A stretch of 64,000 nucleotides of DNA from contig CAVSQB010000002.1 in assembly GCA_963729895.1 (NCBI GenBank), positions 32,001 through 96,000 of the forward strand. The letters run 5' to 3'. Below are positions 19,919 to 28,988 of the stretch, in pieces (the stretch's first letter is position 1; the number at the start of each line of letters is the position of its first letter). The position numbers and the translations under genes were made by a program. The notes below the pieces were generated by a model, which saw only the letters and a program-made list of their open reading frames with translations, made no database searches and was not told where the DNA came from. The DNA comes from an uncultured Fibrobacterota bacterium (GTDB taxonomy: Bacteria; Fibrobacterota; Chitinivibrionia; Chitinivibrionales; FEN-1185).

Positions 19919-20434
19919 ATGAAACGCAGTAATGTTTTTGCTCTTGTTGCCATGGTTGCCGTTGTGATGCTATGGGGATGCTCCAAGTCCACAACCGGTC
20001 CCTCAGGCCCTTCCGCAACGGATTTGATTGGAAAATGGGTTTTCTCTTCGGCGCACGTGACAGGAACTACGTTGATACATTTTGGTATAGTTGGTGTTCC
20101 GGACAGCACAGTCCACACGGACACCGCGATAACGTTTACCGGCACCGCCAATGATGCCCAATTGTATGCCGACATGACCTATTCGCTTCAAACGCCCGGC
20201 TTGGCCTCACTGGGAGCGCCCGTTGCCGACTCAGGCACATGGTCGCTTTCCGGCAGCAGCCTCAGGTTGATCGACAACGCAAATGACACCACGAACCTGA
20301 GCGTGAGCGTAAACGGGAACAACGGCACTTTTGTAAACAGCACATCAACCAAAATAGACAATGTCCCGGGAATGCCGCAGGGCGCGTATATTCAGTCATC
20401 CTTGACCTTCACAATTATTGGGGCAAAGCAGTAA
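19919..20434 (+). CDS. Lipoprotein, lipocalin-like
   Basis: RBS AAGGAG, lipobox LWGC, LIGKW motif, GTWSL. Confidence 0.7.
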   Translation: MKRSNVFALVAMVAVVMLWGCSKSTTGPSGPSATDLIGKWVFSSAHVTGTTLIHFGIVGVPDSTVHTDTAITFTGTANDAQLYADMTYSLQTPGLASLGAPVADSGTWSLSGSSLRLIDNANDTTNLSVSVNGNNGTFVNSTSTKIDNVPGMPQGAYIQSSLTFTIIGAKQ

Positions 20435-20460
20435 CCGCCAATTCCGTTGTTTGTCTCAAC

Positions 20461-20498
20461 GTGCGGAACAGGAAACTGTTTCGCACGTTTTTTTTTTG
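20461..20498 (+). terminator. Rho-independent terminator
   Basis: GTGCGGAACAG-GAAA-CTGTTTCGCAC hairpin followed by a T run, just after the lipoprotein stop. Confidence 0.75.
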
Positions 20499-20646
20499 CG
20501 TGTTTTGTCTTCACTTGTCTCCTCATTCGTTAGTATATTCAAAGGGAAAGCGTTTGCAGCGACAAAAGCAACGATTTCAATCCTCCTTAAGGTTCAACCC
20601 GCCGACGCTTTTGTTGTGCGTCCCATGCTACCTGAATTCTTTCTGA

Positions 20647-20818
20647 AATGAACTACCCCGAAGCAAGCTTCGAGGTATCCTGAACTTACAACTACCCCTT
20701 AATCCCCTCTCTTGTGCCCCTTCGGGCATCCCTGAAGAGAGAGGGGAAACCGAGCGAAGCGAGGAGGGGTGAGTTAAAGCCAAAGCAAGCTTCGAGGAAT
20801 TTAGCCCATAGCGATTAA
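20647..20818. mobile_element. Non-autonomous IS200/IS605-like element with an internal palindromic repeat
   Basis: 15-bp direct repeat AAGCAAGCTTCGAGG at 20661-20675 and 20783-20797; hairpin TACCCCGAAGC-AA-GCTTCGAGGTA; internal CCCCTCTC/GAGAGGGG stem. Confidence 0.5.
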
Positions 20819-20922
20819 TTTTTTTGCAAGGGCCATCGCGTCGGACCGCGGCATCTCGGCATTGATAAGGCACGGGCCGAAATTGCCGCGTCATTCATTG
20901 AATCGAGGCAGGGATCAACTAT

Positions 20923-23217
20923 ATGAATAATCATACCAAAAAACATGCGGCAAAAGGCCCCGGGGATATCGCCGAACCAAGGAAGACCGAGGAGGCCCTG
21001 CGCGAAAGCGAGGAGCGTTTCTCCAAGGCGTTCATGATTTCGCCCTATGCCTACATGATCGCAGGCATGGAAGACGGCGCGATCGTCGAGGTCAATGAGG
21101 CGTTCACCACCATTTCCGGGTTTACCAGGGAAGAAGCCCTGGCCGGCTCCACGCTCAGCTTGAAGATATGGAACAACCCGGAAGACCGCCGACGCATGGT
21201 GGCCGATCTTCGCGACGGCAGGCCTGTAGAGGGCCGGGAGGTACAGTTACGTTCGAAGAGCGGAAACGTCGTGACGGCACAGCTTTCCGCCCGGGTAATT
21301 TATCTGGGCGATAGATGCTGCATTATATCCATCCTCGAAGACATCTCCCTGCGCAAGAAAATGGAACAGGAGTTGCGGGACTCCGAAAGCAAGTATCGCA
21401 CCCTGATGGAACAGGCTTCCGACGGAATTTTTATCGCCGACGAGAAAGGAAACTATACCGACGTGAATGTACGGGCATGCGCCATGTTCGGTTATTCACG
21501 GGAGGAGATTTTGCATCTCGGGATGAAGGACCTGCTGCTTCTCGAAGAAATCGCCGACAAGCCGATCAAATTCATAGAATTGGGCTCGGGCGAAACCGTT
21601 TTGAGCGAAAGGCGGATGCGCAGAAAAGACGGGTCGGTTATCTATGCTGAAATCAGCGGGAAGAAGCTGGCCGACGGCAGGTTTCAGGGCATTGTGCGCG
21701 ACATTACCGGACGCAAACAGGCAGAGGAGGCGCTGCGCGAGAGCGAGGAGAAATACCGGCGCCTTGTGGACAACGCCAACCAGATTATAGTCGTCGCCCA
21801 GGACGGCATGATAAAATTTGTCAATCGAAAAGGTCTGGAGGTTCTGGGCTATTCCGAACAGGAATCATTGACAAGGCCGTTCCTCCAATTCGTGTATCCG
21901 GAGGACCGTCACTTGTTGACCGAAAACCACGCAAAGCAGGTCAAAGGCGAATTGATACGACAAAGCTATGAGTTCAGGGTGGTTACCGCCGACGGCAGAG
22001 TATGCTGGGTTGAAATTAACCCGGTCCCTATTGAATGGAAAGGCAGGCCCGCCACCCTTGATTTGCTTACGGACATCACAGAGCGCAAGCGCATAGAGAG
22101 TGAACTTCAAAAGGCGCAGAAGCTCGAATCCCTCGGCATTCTGGCGGGCGGTATTGCCCATGACTTCAACAATCTGCTTACCGGAATCTTCGGGTACATC
22201 GACCTGGCCCGATCGGTGTCAAAGGATGAGCAGGCCACGCAATACCTCGAAACGGCAATCGCGACAATGAACCGAGCTCGAGCGCTCACCCAGCAATTAT
22301 TGACCTTTGCCAAGGGCGGTTCCCCGGTCCTCAAAACAACGCAGCTTGTTCCATTTATCCGGGAGGCGGTTCAATTCGCGCTCAGCGGATCGACTATCTC
22401 GTGCCGGTTCGACCTTGACAGAAACCTCTGGCCGTGCAGCATCGATAAGAACCAGATCGGCCAGGTGATCGACAATATCGTCATCAACGCGCAACAGGCA
22501 ATGCCGAACGGCGGGATCATAGACGTGCTGGCCGAAAATATCTCTTTTAGCGAGCAGGAGCATGCCTCGCTTGCCGCCGGCAACTACGTAAAGCTCTCAA
22601 TCAAGGATTGCGGCGTTGGAATTCCAAAAGAAATTCTGCATCAAATCTTCGACCCGTTTTTCACCACAAAAACAAAAGGGCACGGCCTCGGCCTCTCCAC
22701 CTGTTATTCAATTGTCAAGCGCCACAGCGGATGCATCGAGGTCGAGTCCGAACCGGGAAAAGGCAGCGTCTTTCATGTGTACCTTCCCGCTTCGGCGGAG
22801 ACCGCTGTTGAGGACGCGGCCGCAGCCGTCAGGCACGCCGGCAAGGGGACAATCATTGTCATGGACGACGAGGAAATAATCAGGGCCGCTCTCCAAAAAA
22901 TGCTCGGGGCCATGGGATACACGGTGGTATGCAAAAACGACGGGAAGGAAGCCCTTGATTTTTACATAAGCGAAACCAGGGCCAAACGCACATTCGCGGC
23001 AATGATTCTTGACCTCACCGTTCACAACGGCATGGGCGGCATGGAAGCAGTTAAAGAGGTCCGGAAATTGGATGCGGCGATACCGGTTTTTGTGGCAAGC
23101 GGTTATGCCGACGATGCTGTGATGAAGAACCCGGTTGACTACGGTTTTACCGCAAGTATTTCCAAACCTTTCACCATCGCGGAACTTTCGGAAATGCTGA
23201 ACAAGACTATGGTATGA
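20923..23217 (+). CDS. PAS-domain hybrid sensor histidine kinase/response regulator
   Basis: Three PAS repeats (ALRESE.../DIT.RK), H-box GIAHDFNN, FDPFFTTK, GHGLGL, REC domain (MDDEE, LDLT, KPF). Confidence 0.93.
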   Translation: MNNHTKKHAAKGPGDIAEPRKTEEALRESEERFSKAFMISPYAYMIAGMEDGAIVEVNEAFTTISGFTREEALAGSTLSLKIWNNPEDRRRMVADLRDGRPVEGREVQLRSKSGNVVTAQLSARVIYLGDRCCIISILEDISLRKKMEQELRDSESKYRTLMEQASDGIFIADEKGNYTDVNVRACAMFGYSREEILHLGMKDLLLLEEIADKPIKFIELGSGETVLSERRMRRKDGSVIYAEISGKKLADGRFQGIVRDITGRKQAEEALRESEEKYRRLVDNANQIIVVAQDGMIKFVNRKGLEVLGYSEQESLTRPFLQFVYPEDRHLLTENHAKQVKGELIRQSYEFRVVTADGRVCWVEINPVPIEWKGRPATLDLLTDITERKRIESELQKAQKLESLGILAGGIAHDFNNLLTGIFGYIDLARSVSKDEQATQYLETAIATMNRARALTQQLLTFAKGGSPVLKTTQLVPFIREAVQFALSGSTISCRFDLDRNLWPCSIDKNQIGQVIDNIVINAQQAMPNGGIIDVLAENISFSEQEHASLAAGNYVKLSIKDCGVGIPKEILHQIFDPFFTTKTKGHGLGLSTCYSIVKRHSGCIEVESEPGKGSVFHVYLPASAETAVEDAAAAVRHAGKGTIIVMDDEEIIRAALQKMLGAMGYTVVCKNDGKEALDFYISETRAKRTFAAMILDLTVHNGMGGMEAVKEVRKLDAAIPVFVASGYADDAVMKNPVDYGFTASISKPFTIAELSEMLNKTMV

Positions 23218-23304
23218 TAAATTGAACGGACTTCCAAATGCGATCAGCCGGTTATGTTTGATTCCATGCGGGTCATTTTTCTTTTTCCCGAAAGGAGACG
23301 GAAA

Positions 23305-25035
23305 ATGAAAAACCTTACATCAGCAACTCTTATCGCCATGGCGTTCTTCATCGGCCGTTCAAGTGCGGCGCTTCCCCTGCAAAGCAGCATCACCAAAGAC
23401 AGCATCACCTGGACGTTTTCACAGGCGGCGCCGGTAGGCCAGTTTGTCAACGGAGATTACTATGTGGTTGGTCCGGTGACCGTCACTTCGATCTCACCCG
23501 CACCGCAGACTGACTCGCCTTACGTAAACGGATCGGTGCTCAACCTGCCCACGCCTGACGGAAAAAGCGGTTTTGACAAGCGGCTCAACGACGGAAGCGA
23601 CGAATCGTGGTGGTTCAATGCAAACGACCGCGTCTACCCTCCCCTTTCCCTGAAACCGGGAGACGCATTGGTTTCCTCGATCAGCTTGTCCGATGCGCAA
23701 TACCACAATGTACCCGAAGTGATGCGTGCAGGCGATAAAAGCTGCAGCCCGGTTGCCAGCGTGTCCGTGCTCACCGTGCTTGCCGCCGCCGTATCTTCCG
23801 ATGCTTTCCGGCCGTCGTACTGCGACCGGAAGCAGGTAATTTATCATGCCGATTCGCTGCAGCGGCAGCTTCTGCCGTCTCTGGTTCCCCCCAAACCGGC
23901 CGCAACCCCTTCCCTGTCGCAATTTGAAATCTGGTTCCGCAGGCCATGGATCGACATGAATCCCTTCCTTTTTGACGCTCCGGCCGAGTACATGCCGAGT
24001 TACGGCGCACACGTGAGCTTTGCCGTCTCGTATGTCGGGCTGCTTCTGTCGCTCAACTTCACACCTGCGCAAAAGGTGAATCTCACCAATTACTTTGTTC
24101 AGTACGGCATCGATTTATTCGGATGCCTGAAAGCCGGGTACGGATGGCCGGCCTTTGGAGGGCATCGCAGCGGAAGAAAAATGCCTGTTGTCATTGCAGG
24201 CATTCTGCTGCAATCCGATTCGATGAAGAACGTGTCCACGTTTTTTCCCGACCAGTTCGGCGAGGACATGCAGACGCTCTACATCAGTTCGCTGCCGCCT
24301 GCGGGCAGTTACACCAAGGCGTGGCAGGGCGCCACGGTGATTTACGGAGGCCACTACGGAGTTCACTCGGACGGGACGCCCGTGAGCGCCGGACTCTACG
24401 GCCCCTACGAACAGCTTCAGCCGAGAAACTGGCCGCTGTTGACCCCCACCGAGCAGTTGGGAGAAGCCTACAGACGCTGCTGCACATCCATGACCTGGAT
24501 CGGCGAGGCTTTGACCATGCATCTCTGGGGCGCGGAAAACATTTGGAACCATCCGGCTTTTTTTGATTACGCGGTTCGGTGGATGTGCGAAAACGACTCG
24601 CTGGCGGTGGACACCATCAAGGCGCAAAGCGGATTTGATTACAGCACCTCGTGGGACCGGCAGCAGCAGACCGCCGGCGTGTTGCAGGGCGAGTTTCCCC
24701 AATACACCTTTATTGACGACATGTGGGCGGCGTATCATCCCTGCAGCACAAGCATGGCGATCCAAAACATTCCCGATCAATCCCTAGCGCCTAATTTCGC
24801 TTTTGTCATCTTTCCAAACCCTTCCAGTTCCACGGTCTCCATCGGCCTTCCGAACTTTTCCGCTCCTGTCGACGTGGAGATCTATTCCCTCACCGGGGCA
24901 AAAGTGGCGTCTTTTCGCCATGTTCGGGACGGACGGGTTGTCTGGAATACGGCGAACTGTTCCAGCGGGCTTTACGTGATAGAGGCTGGCGCGGGAGCGC
25001 AGGTCCTGACGGGACGCATGCAATTGATGCGATGA
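23305..25035 (+). CDS. Secreted protein with T9SS-type C-terminal domain
   Basis: RBS AAAGGAG, signal peptide, ITWTFS...GQFVNGDYYVVGPV, C-terminal FPNP...IYSLTG...WN...SSGLY. Confidence 0.8.
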   Translation: MKNLTSATLIAMAFFIGRSSAALPLQSSITKDSITWTFSQAAPVGQFVNGDYYVVGPVTVTSISPAPQTDSPYVNGSVLNLPTPDGKSGFDKRLNDGSDESWWFNANDRVYPPLSLKPGDALVSSISLSDAQYHNVPEVMRAGDKSCSPVASVSVLTVLAAAVSSDAFRPSYCDRKQVIYHADSLQRQLLPSLVPPKPAATPSLSQFEIWFRRPWIDMNPFLFDAPAEYMPSYGAHVSFAVSYVGLLLSLNFTPAQKVNLTNYFVQYGIDLFGCLKAGYGWPAFGGHRSGRKMPVVIAGILLQSDSMKNVSTFFPDQFGEDMQTLYISSLPPAGSYTKAWQGATVIYGGHYGVHSDGTPVSAGLYGPYEQLQPRNWPLLTPTEQLGEAYRRCCTSMTWIGEALTMHLWGAENIWNHPAFFDYAVRWMCENDSLAVDTIKAQSGFDYSTSWDRQQQTAGVLQGEFPQYTFIDDMWAAYHPCSTSMAIQNIPDQSLAPNFAFVIFPNPSSSTVSIGLPNFSAPVDVEIYSLTGAKVASFRHVRDGRVVWNTANCSSGLYVIEAGAGAQVLTGRMQLMR

Positions 25036-25567
25036 TTCCGCGGGGCCGCAAGGTGAGGAAGGGGTGGTGGTTGATGATCCGGCAGGACGAGATATTTGAT
25101 TGTGGCGTTTGAAACTAATCGAATGTTAGGCTTAGCATAGGAAACATATGCCAATAAGAACCTTTGAGTACTGCTCTCTTCAATACCTGAACATGTGGCT
25201 TCAATACGAAATGGGCTTCTGCAACGACCTTGCTGAAGGTGATCGGAAAAAGAAATTAGAGGCGCTAAGCAAAGCTGCTGCGTATTTCAGAGTTGCGCGT
25301 ACTTTACATGATGATGACAGGAATGTGGGGACAGAGAGGTATGAACGTGTTCTTGACATTATACTTGCCGAAGACACAATGAAAGATGGTGAAGACCTTG
25401 TTCAACGAATTGAAAGCGTTGGAAGAAAGATATCTGACAACAGATCGCTTCTTTCGCTTACAACCAAGTTCCTTTGGCTAAGATTCAAACGGCCTGTTCT
25501 CATATTTGATTCTCAGGCTCGGATAGCTCTTGGCACAAAGGAAAAGGATCTAGAAACATTCTATTTA

Positions 25568-26672
25568 TTGATCTTTAACATATAATGGATACACGATTAT
25601 TTATGGCCAAGTGATTTCCGAATGTGCAATACACGATTCAAGGAGCCTTTGAGAACTGCGCACTCGGCCAATAGAACGGTGTAAATGAGATCCCAAATGA
25701 TACGTATCTTCATGGGTGCTGTTGGAAAGATCGCGTTTCCCATGAGTCCAAACATGTTCAATCGGATTGAGTTCAGGAGCATAACTGGGAAGCCAGTTGA
25801 CATGAAGTCGCTTGGTCTTTTGCAGGAAAGCTTTAACGTCTGCTCTCTTGTGGATGGGGCCATTGTCCCAGACAAGAACAACGTGCCTGCGCAAATGGCG
25901 CAACAAATACCCCAAAAAAGTGACGACCTCCGTGCCCGTGATGTTATGGGCATGGAAACGGACATAAAGACCAAAATGGTGGCAGCCAGGGGACACGGTG
26001 ACACTGCCGATGGCCGAGATTTTATCACGCCGGTAGCTGTGGCGCAGGATCGGTGTGCAGCCCGCAGGAGCCCACGTTTTGCGGACGTTCGGTATGAGCA
26101 AAAAACCGCTTTCGTCCAAGAAGGCAATATGGGCCTTAAGTTTTCGGGCTTTTTTTTATACTGGGCCATGTCCTGCGCTTCCAGGACGCAATGGCCTTTT
26201 CGTCTCTTTGCAGAGCGCGTCGTTGCGGCTTTTGATAGCTCCAGCCAAAATCGTGGCGTAATAGCTTCCATACTCCTACATGCGTGTAATGGACGCCGTA
26301 GTCGGCATGAATCAGCCGTACGATACGCTTTAATGTCCATAGGTCGGTGGCGTGTCCGGCTGCTACAGCTCCTTTCAGCAGCTTTTTCTTCAGCTTTTCT
26401 TTCTGATGATCGGTCAAGAGAGAAGGTCGTCCCCATTTGGCCTGGGTTCGAATTCCTTTTCGACCTCTTTTCTGATAGGCCTGATACCACCGCACCACCG
26501 AACTCAGAGACGATTTCAATTTCTGCGCCACAGCCCGATAGGTTTTGCCTGAACGCAGCATGGCGATGGCTTGTCGACGTCGCGCTTCCAATTGCTTGGG
26601 ATTTCCGTGTGGTCTCATATACCATAATATAACTATTTCTGATATAAGTATCCATTATAAGTTAAATGTCAG
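25568..26672 (-). mobile_element. IS630-family insertion sequence
   Basis: 25-bp imperfect TIRs (21/25 match): TTGATCTTTAACATATAATGGATAC vs CTGACATTTAACTTATAATGGATAC. Flanked by TA at 25566-67 and 26673-74. Confidence 0.9.
25601..26618 (-). CDS. IS630 transposase in two frames (HTH ORF 26136-26618; DDE ORF ending at 25601)
   Basis: WGRPSLL, WTLKRI, DESGF, WDNGPIH, LPSYAPELNPIEHVW. An A8 run at 26150-26157 lies at the frame junction. Confidence 0.9.
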
Positions 26673-27240
26673 TAAGATGGCGTAGCGAGTTCACTGAAAA
26701 CCGGGAAGAGATCCGCCATTCATGCTTCAAATTGTCTTCAATGCAGGAATATTCAGTTGACCCAAGCTATGATATTCGGCAAATATCGTCGGAGGATTGG
26801 TTTCAAGAACGGGTATTTGACATTTACCTCTGGAACAAAGGAAGCAAAGCCTGAAGCGTTTGAGCCCACCACCGCACGTGGGACTGCTTGCAGCTTTACG
26901 CGTCTGCGCCCCCATATGTACAGTAATGGTATTCACCCGACAGTCACCCATGCCGGGGATTTTGGAACGAAGCTACCTCCTCACCTCACAACTGCCGCCC
27001 CAAGGCTGCGCGCAACAATTTGCGAATACAATTCAAGTGCCATTGGATGGCTGAGCCGGGTGACCCCAAAGAAAGTTGGTCTGCAAGAATCCAATCTTCT
27101 GCTGTGGGGCACCCTCGTAGTGCAGTTGAGAAGACCAAGGGAAGAACTCCGCTTTGCACGTAAAGGAGCACATGTGTTATCACGCACTTGCATCCTGCGC
27201 AGCGGAACTTGACAAATGTGGCGATTATCCTTTGTCCAGC

Positions 27241-27403
27241 GTTAGGTGGACCGCAGAGTGCGCGAGAGCGCAGGGCTGCCTGACCCGGGCCGCAGGCCAT
27301 AGAGCAGGCGGCACCGAGGCAAATAGCCGACGACCCTTGGAAGCACCCGAAGGGGTGGCCCGGAGGGAGACCGACCCGAGCGCAGCGAGGGGAACGCCCA
27401 ACT
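27241..27403. repeat. GC-rich multi-hairpin REP/MITE-like element
   Basis: Hairpins TGCGC-GAGA-GCGCA and CACC-CGAAGG-GGTG; end motif GAGCGCAGCGAGGGGAACGCCCAA resembles intergenic repeats recalled from FCB-group genomes. Confidence 0.4.
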
Positions 27404-27449
27404 CTTTATCTTGATATTCGCCGCACCCCGCGAAGCTCCCAAAAGCATT

Positions 27450-27878
27450 TCAAGTTTTTTTCCCGCCCCTGTTCCGCAGCCAATCCACGCTGTTTGCCCC
27501 CGGCCCTATCAGCACCAGCGCCAGGAACACAATGCCGTCCTCAATCGCATGCGATGCGGAGGCAAGCCCCTGGTGAGATCCCAGGTGCATGGCGGCCGCC
27601 ACAACCATGTCGAATGCCAGGAGCGCACACGCGGTGCGGAAGAAAAATCCGCCGATCAGAAAGAGGCCGCCGACACCTTCCACGAACGCGGCCATAAAAC
27701 CCCAGGCGGTCGGCAGAAAATGAATCCCGAGAAAACCCATTGCCATTCCCAATTTGTACCACATGTGGGGACCTGCCAGCAATTTTGGTGCGCCGTGGTA
27801 GATGAACATGATACCCAGGCCGATGCGAAGAATGAGTAGACCCTGGTCCCGATACTTGTCCCATGAGACTGCAGCCAT
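27450..27878 (-). CDS. DoxX family membrane protein
   Basis: LLILRIGLG.MFIYHGAPKL, EGVGG, GPG..SVD. Confidence 0.9.
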   Translation of the reverse strand: MAAVSWDKYRDQGLLILRIGLGIMFIYHGAPKLLAGPHMWYKLGMAMGFLGIHFLPTAWGFMAAFVEGVGGLFLIGGFFFRTACALLAFDMVVAAAMHLGSHQGLASASHAIEDGIVFLALVLIGPGANSVDWLRNRGGKKT

Positions 27879-27917
27879 ATCTTCCTCCTTTTATTTCGGT
27901 TGATTTCCTGTCCGAGG

Positions 27918-28829
27918 CTAGGCCGCGGCTTCCTCTGTCAGCCTTATGCCTGCCGTTGTCTTCCTTATCACCGGCTCCAGGTCTTTTGCAAAGAACTCCG
28001 TTATGCCGTTCTGATACCCGGGCCATTTTTCCAGCGCGGTTACCGCCGATCTGATCGCGGACGCAATAAGAGGCTCCAGCGGCTCGTTCCCATCTTGCAA
28101 ACCTCCGGCCAGGGTTGCCTTCTTCCGCAAGGCGTCGGTACCCAGGGTCTTGCCGGCCGCCTCTTCGCTGCCCGTGGCATCGAGCAGGTCGTCGGCAAGC
28201 TGATATGCCGTTCCGGTGCAATAGCCGGCTTCCTCGAGCGCGTCGGACAGCCCCGCGTCCGCGCTTCCGCACACACGGCCCAGAAAGCCGAACAGCGGCC
28301 CGGTTTTTCCCCGGACCAGGGCCACATACGCCCGGACGTCGGTCGTTTTTTCGCGATACACCAGCTCCTGCTTGATTTCCGCAACGCATATTTCGTGTAC
28401 GCTTTCAACAAACCGTGACGCTATATGCCCGTTCCCCTCTGCAAGAAGCATGGAAAGGGCCTCGCAGTACAGCAGATCGCCCATGAGAACCGCATAGTTT
28501 GCGCCCCGCATTTTCCACAGCGTTGGTTGCGATCTGCGAACGGACGCATTGTCGATAATGTCGTCATGAAGCAGGCTTGCCGTATGAACAAGTTCGGTTG
28601 CCGCGCAGGCTCTCCGGACAAGCCCGATTCTCCCGCTCTCGCGGGAGGCCCCAAAAAGGCGCGCCGCGAATCTCGTGCGAAGCATTTTTCCCGCGGCAAG
28701 GCTGCAAAGAGACCGGGCCTGCGTGTCCGAAAGCCTTTTGTCGGAAACGCGGTCCAGGATCAAGGCCCGCACCTCCTGCACAAATGTTTCCGTGAACAGG
28801 TCATTGTCCGGTCTTTGTGAAAAAGGCAT
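27918..28829 (-). CDS. Polyprenyl diphosphate synthase
   Basis: GKMLR, LLHDDIID..RR (first Asp-rich motif), GKTG, YQLADDLLD (second motif), GKTLGTD. Confidence 0.9.
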   Translation of the reverse strand: MPFSQRPDNDLFTETFVQEVRALILDRVSDKRLSDTQARSLCSLAAGKMLRTRFAARLFGASRESGRIGLVRRACAATELVHTASLLHDDIIDNASVRRSQPTLWKMRGANYAVLMGDLLYCEALSMLLAEGNGHIASRFVESVHEICVAEIKQELVYREKTTDVRAYVALVRGKTGPLFGFLGRVCGSADAGLSDALEEAGYCTGTAYQLADDLLDATGSEEAAGKTLGTDALRKKATLAGGLQDGNEPLEPLIASAIRSAVTALEKWPGYQNGITEFFAKDLEPVIRKTTAGIRLTEEAAA

Positions 28830-28838
28830 TACAACCTC

Positions 28839-28949
28839 CTACCCTTCTTCTGAGCATTTGTGCACTATGATCCAGATCGCAACCGCCATGAGGCCGGCCA
28901 TAAACCAGGCAAGGGCCGCGACCACAAAATACCTCTTGAGTTTCTTCAT
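28839..28949 (-). CDS. Small single-pass membrane protein (36 aa)
   Basis: MKKLKRYFVVAALAWFMAGLMAVAIWIIVHKCSEEG with RBS AAGGGG; its stop overlaps the AGGAGG RBS of the next gene. Confidence 0.5.
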   Translation of the reverse strand: MKKLKRYFVVAALAWFMAGLMAVAIWIIVHKCSEEG

Positions 28950-28988
28950 GCGTGCTTCCCCTTGTTTTTATGAAATCGACTTCCCTTC

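Larger units (their letters stand above)
25148..26854 (+). pseudogene. Unknown gene (199 aa when reconstructed) split by IS630
   Basis: 25148-25567 joins 26675-26854 in frame after removing the IS and one TA: ...ETFYL|RWRSEF...RVFDIYLWNKGSKA. Confidence 0.75.

Noticed and set aside
25568..25585. dif/XerD arm (TTTAACATA) suggested by xerD in the window
   Set aside because: It is part of the IS630 terminal inverted repeat, and there is no XerC arm at 6-bp spacing
25597..26655. 352-aa and 315-aa ORFs overlapping the IS630
   Set aside because: Alternative frames with no motifs; the transposase motifs lie in the other two ORFs
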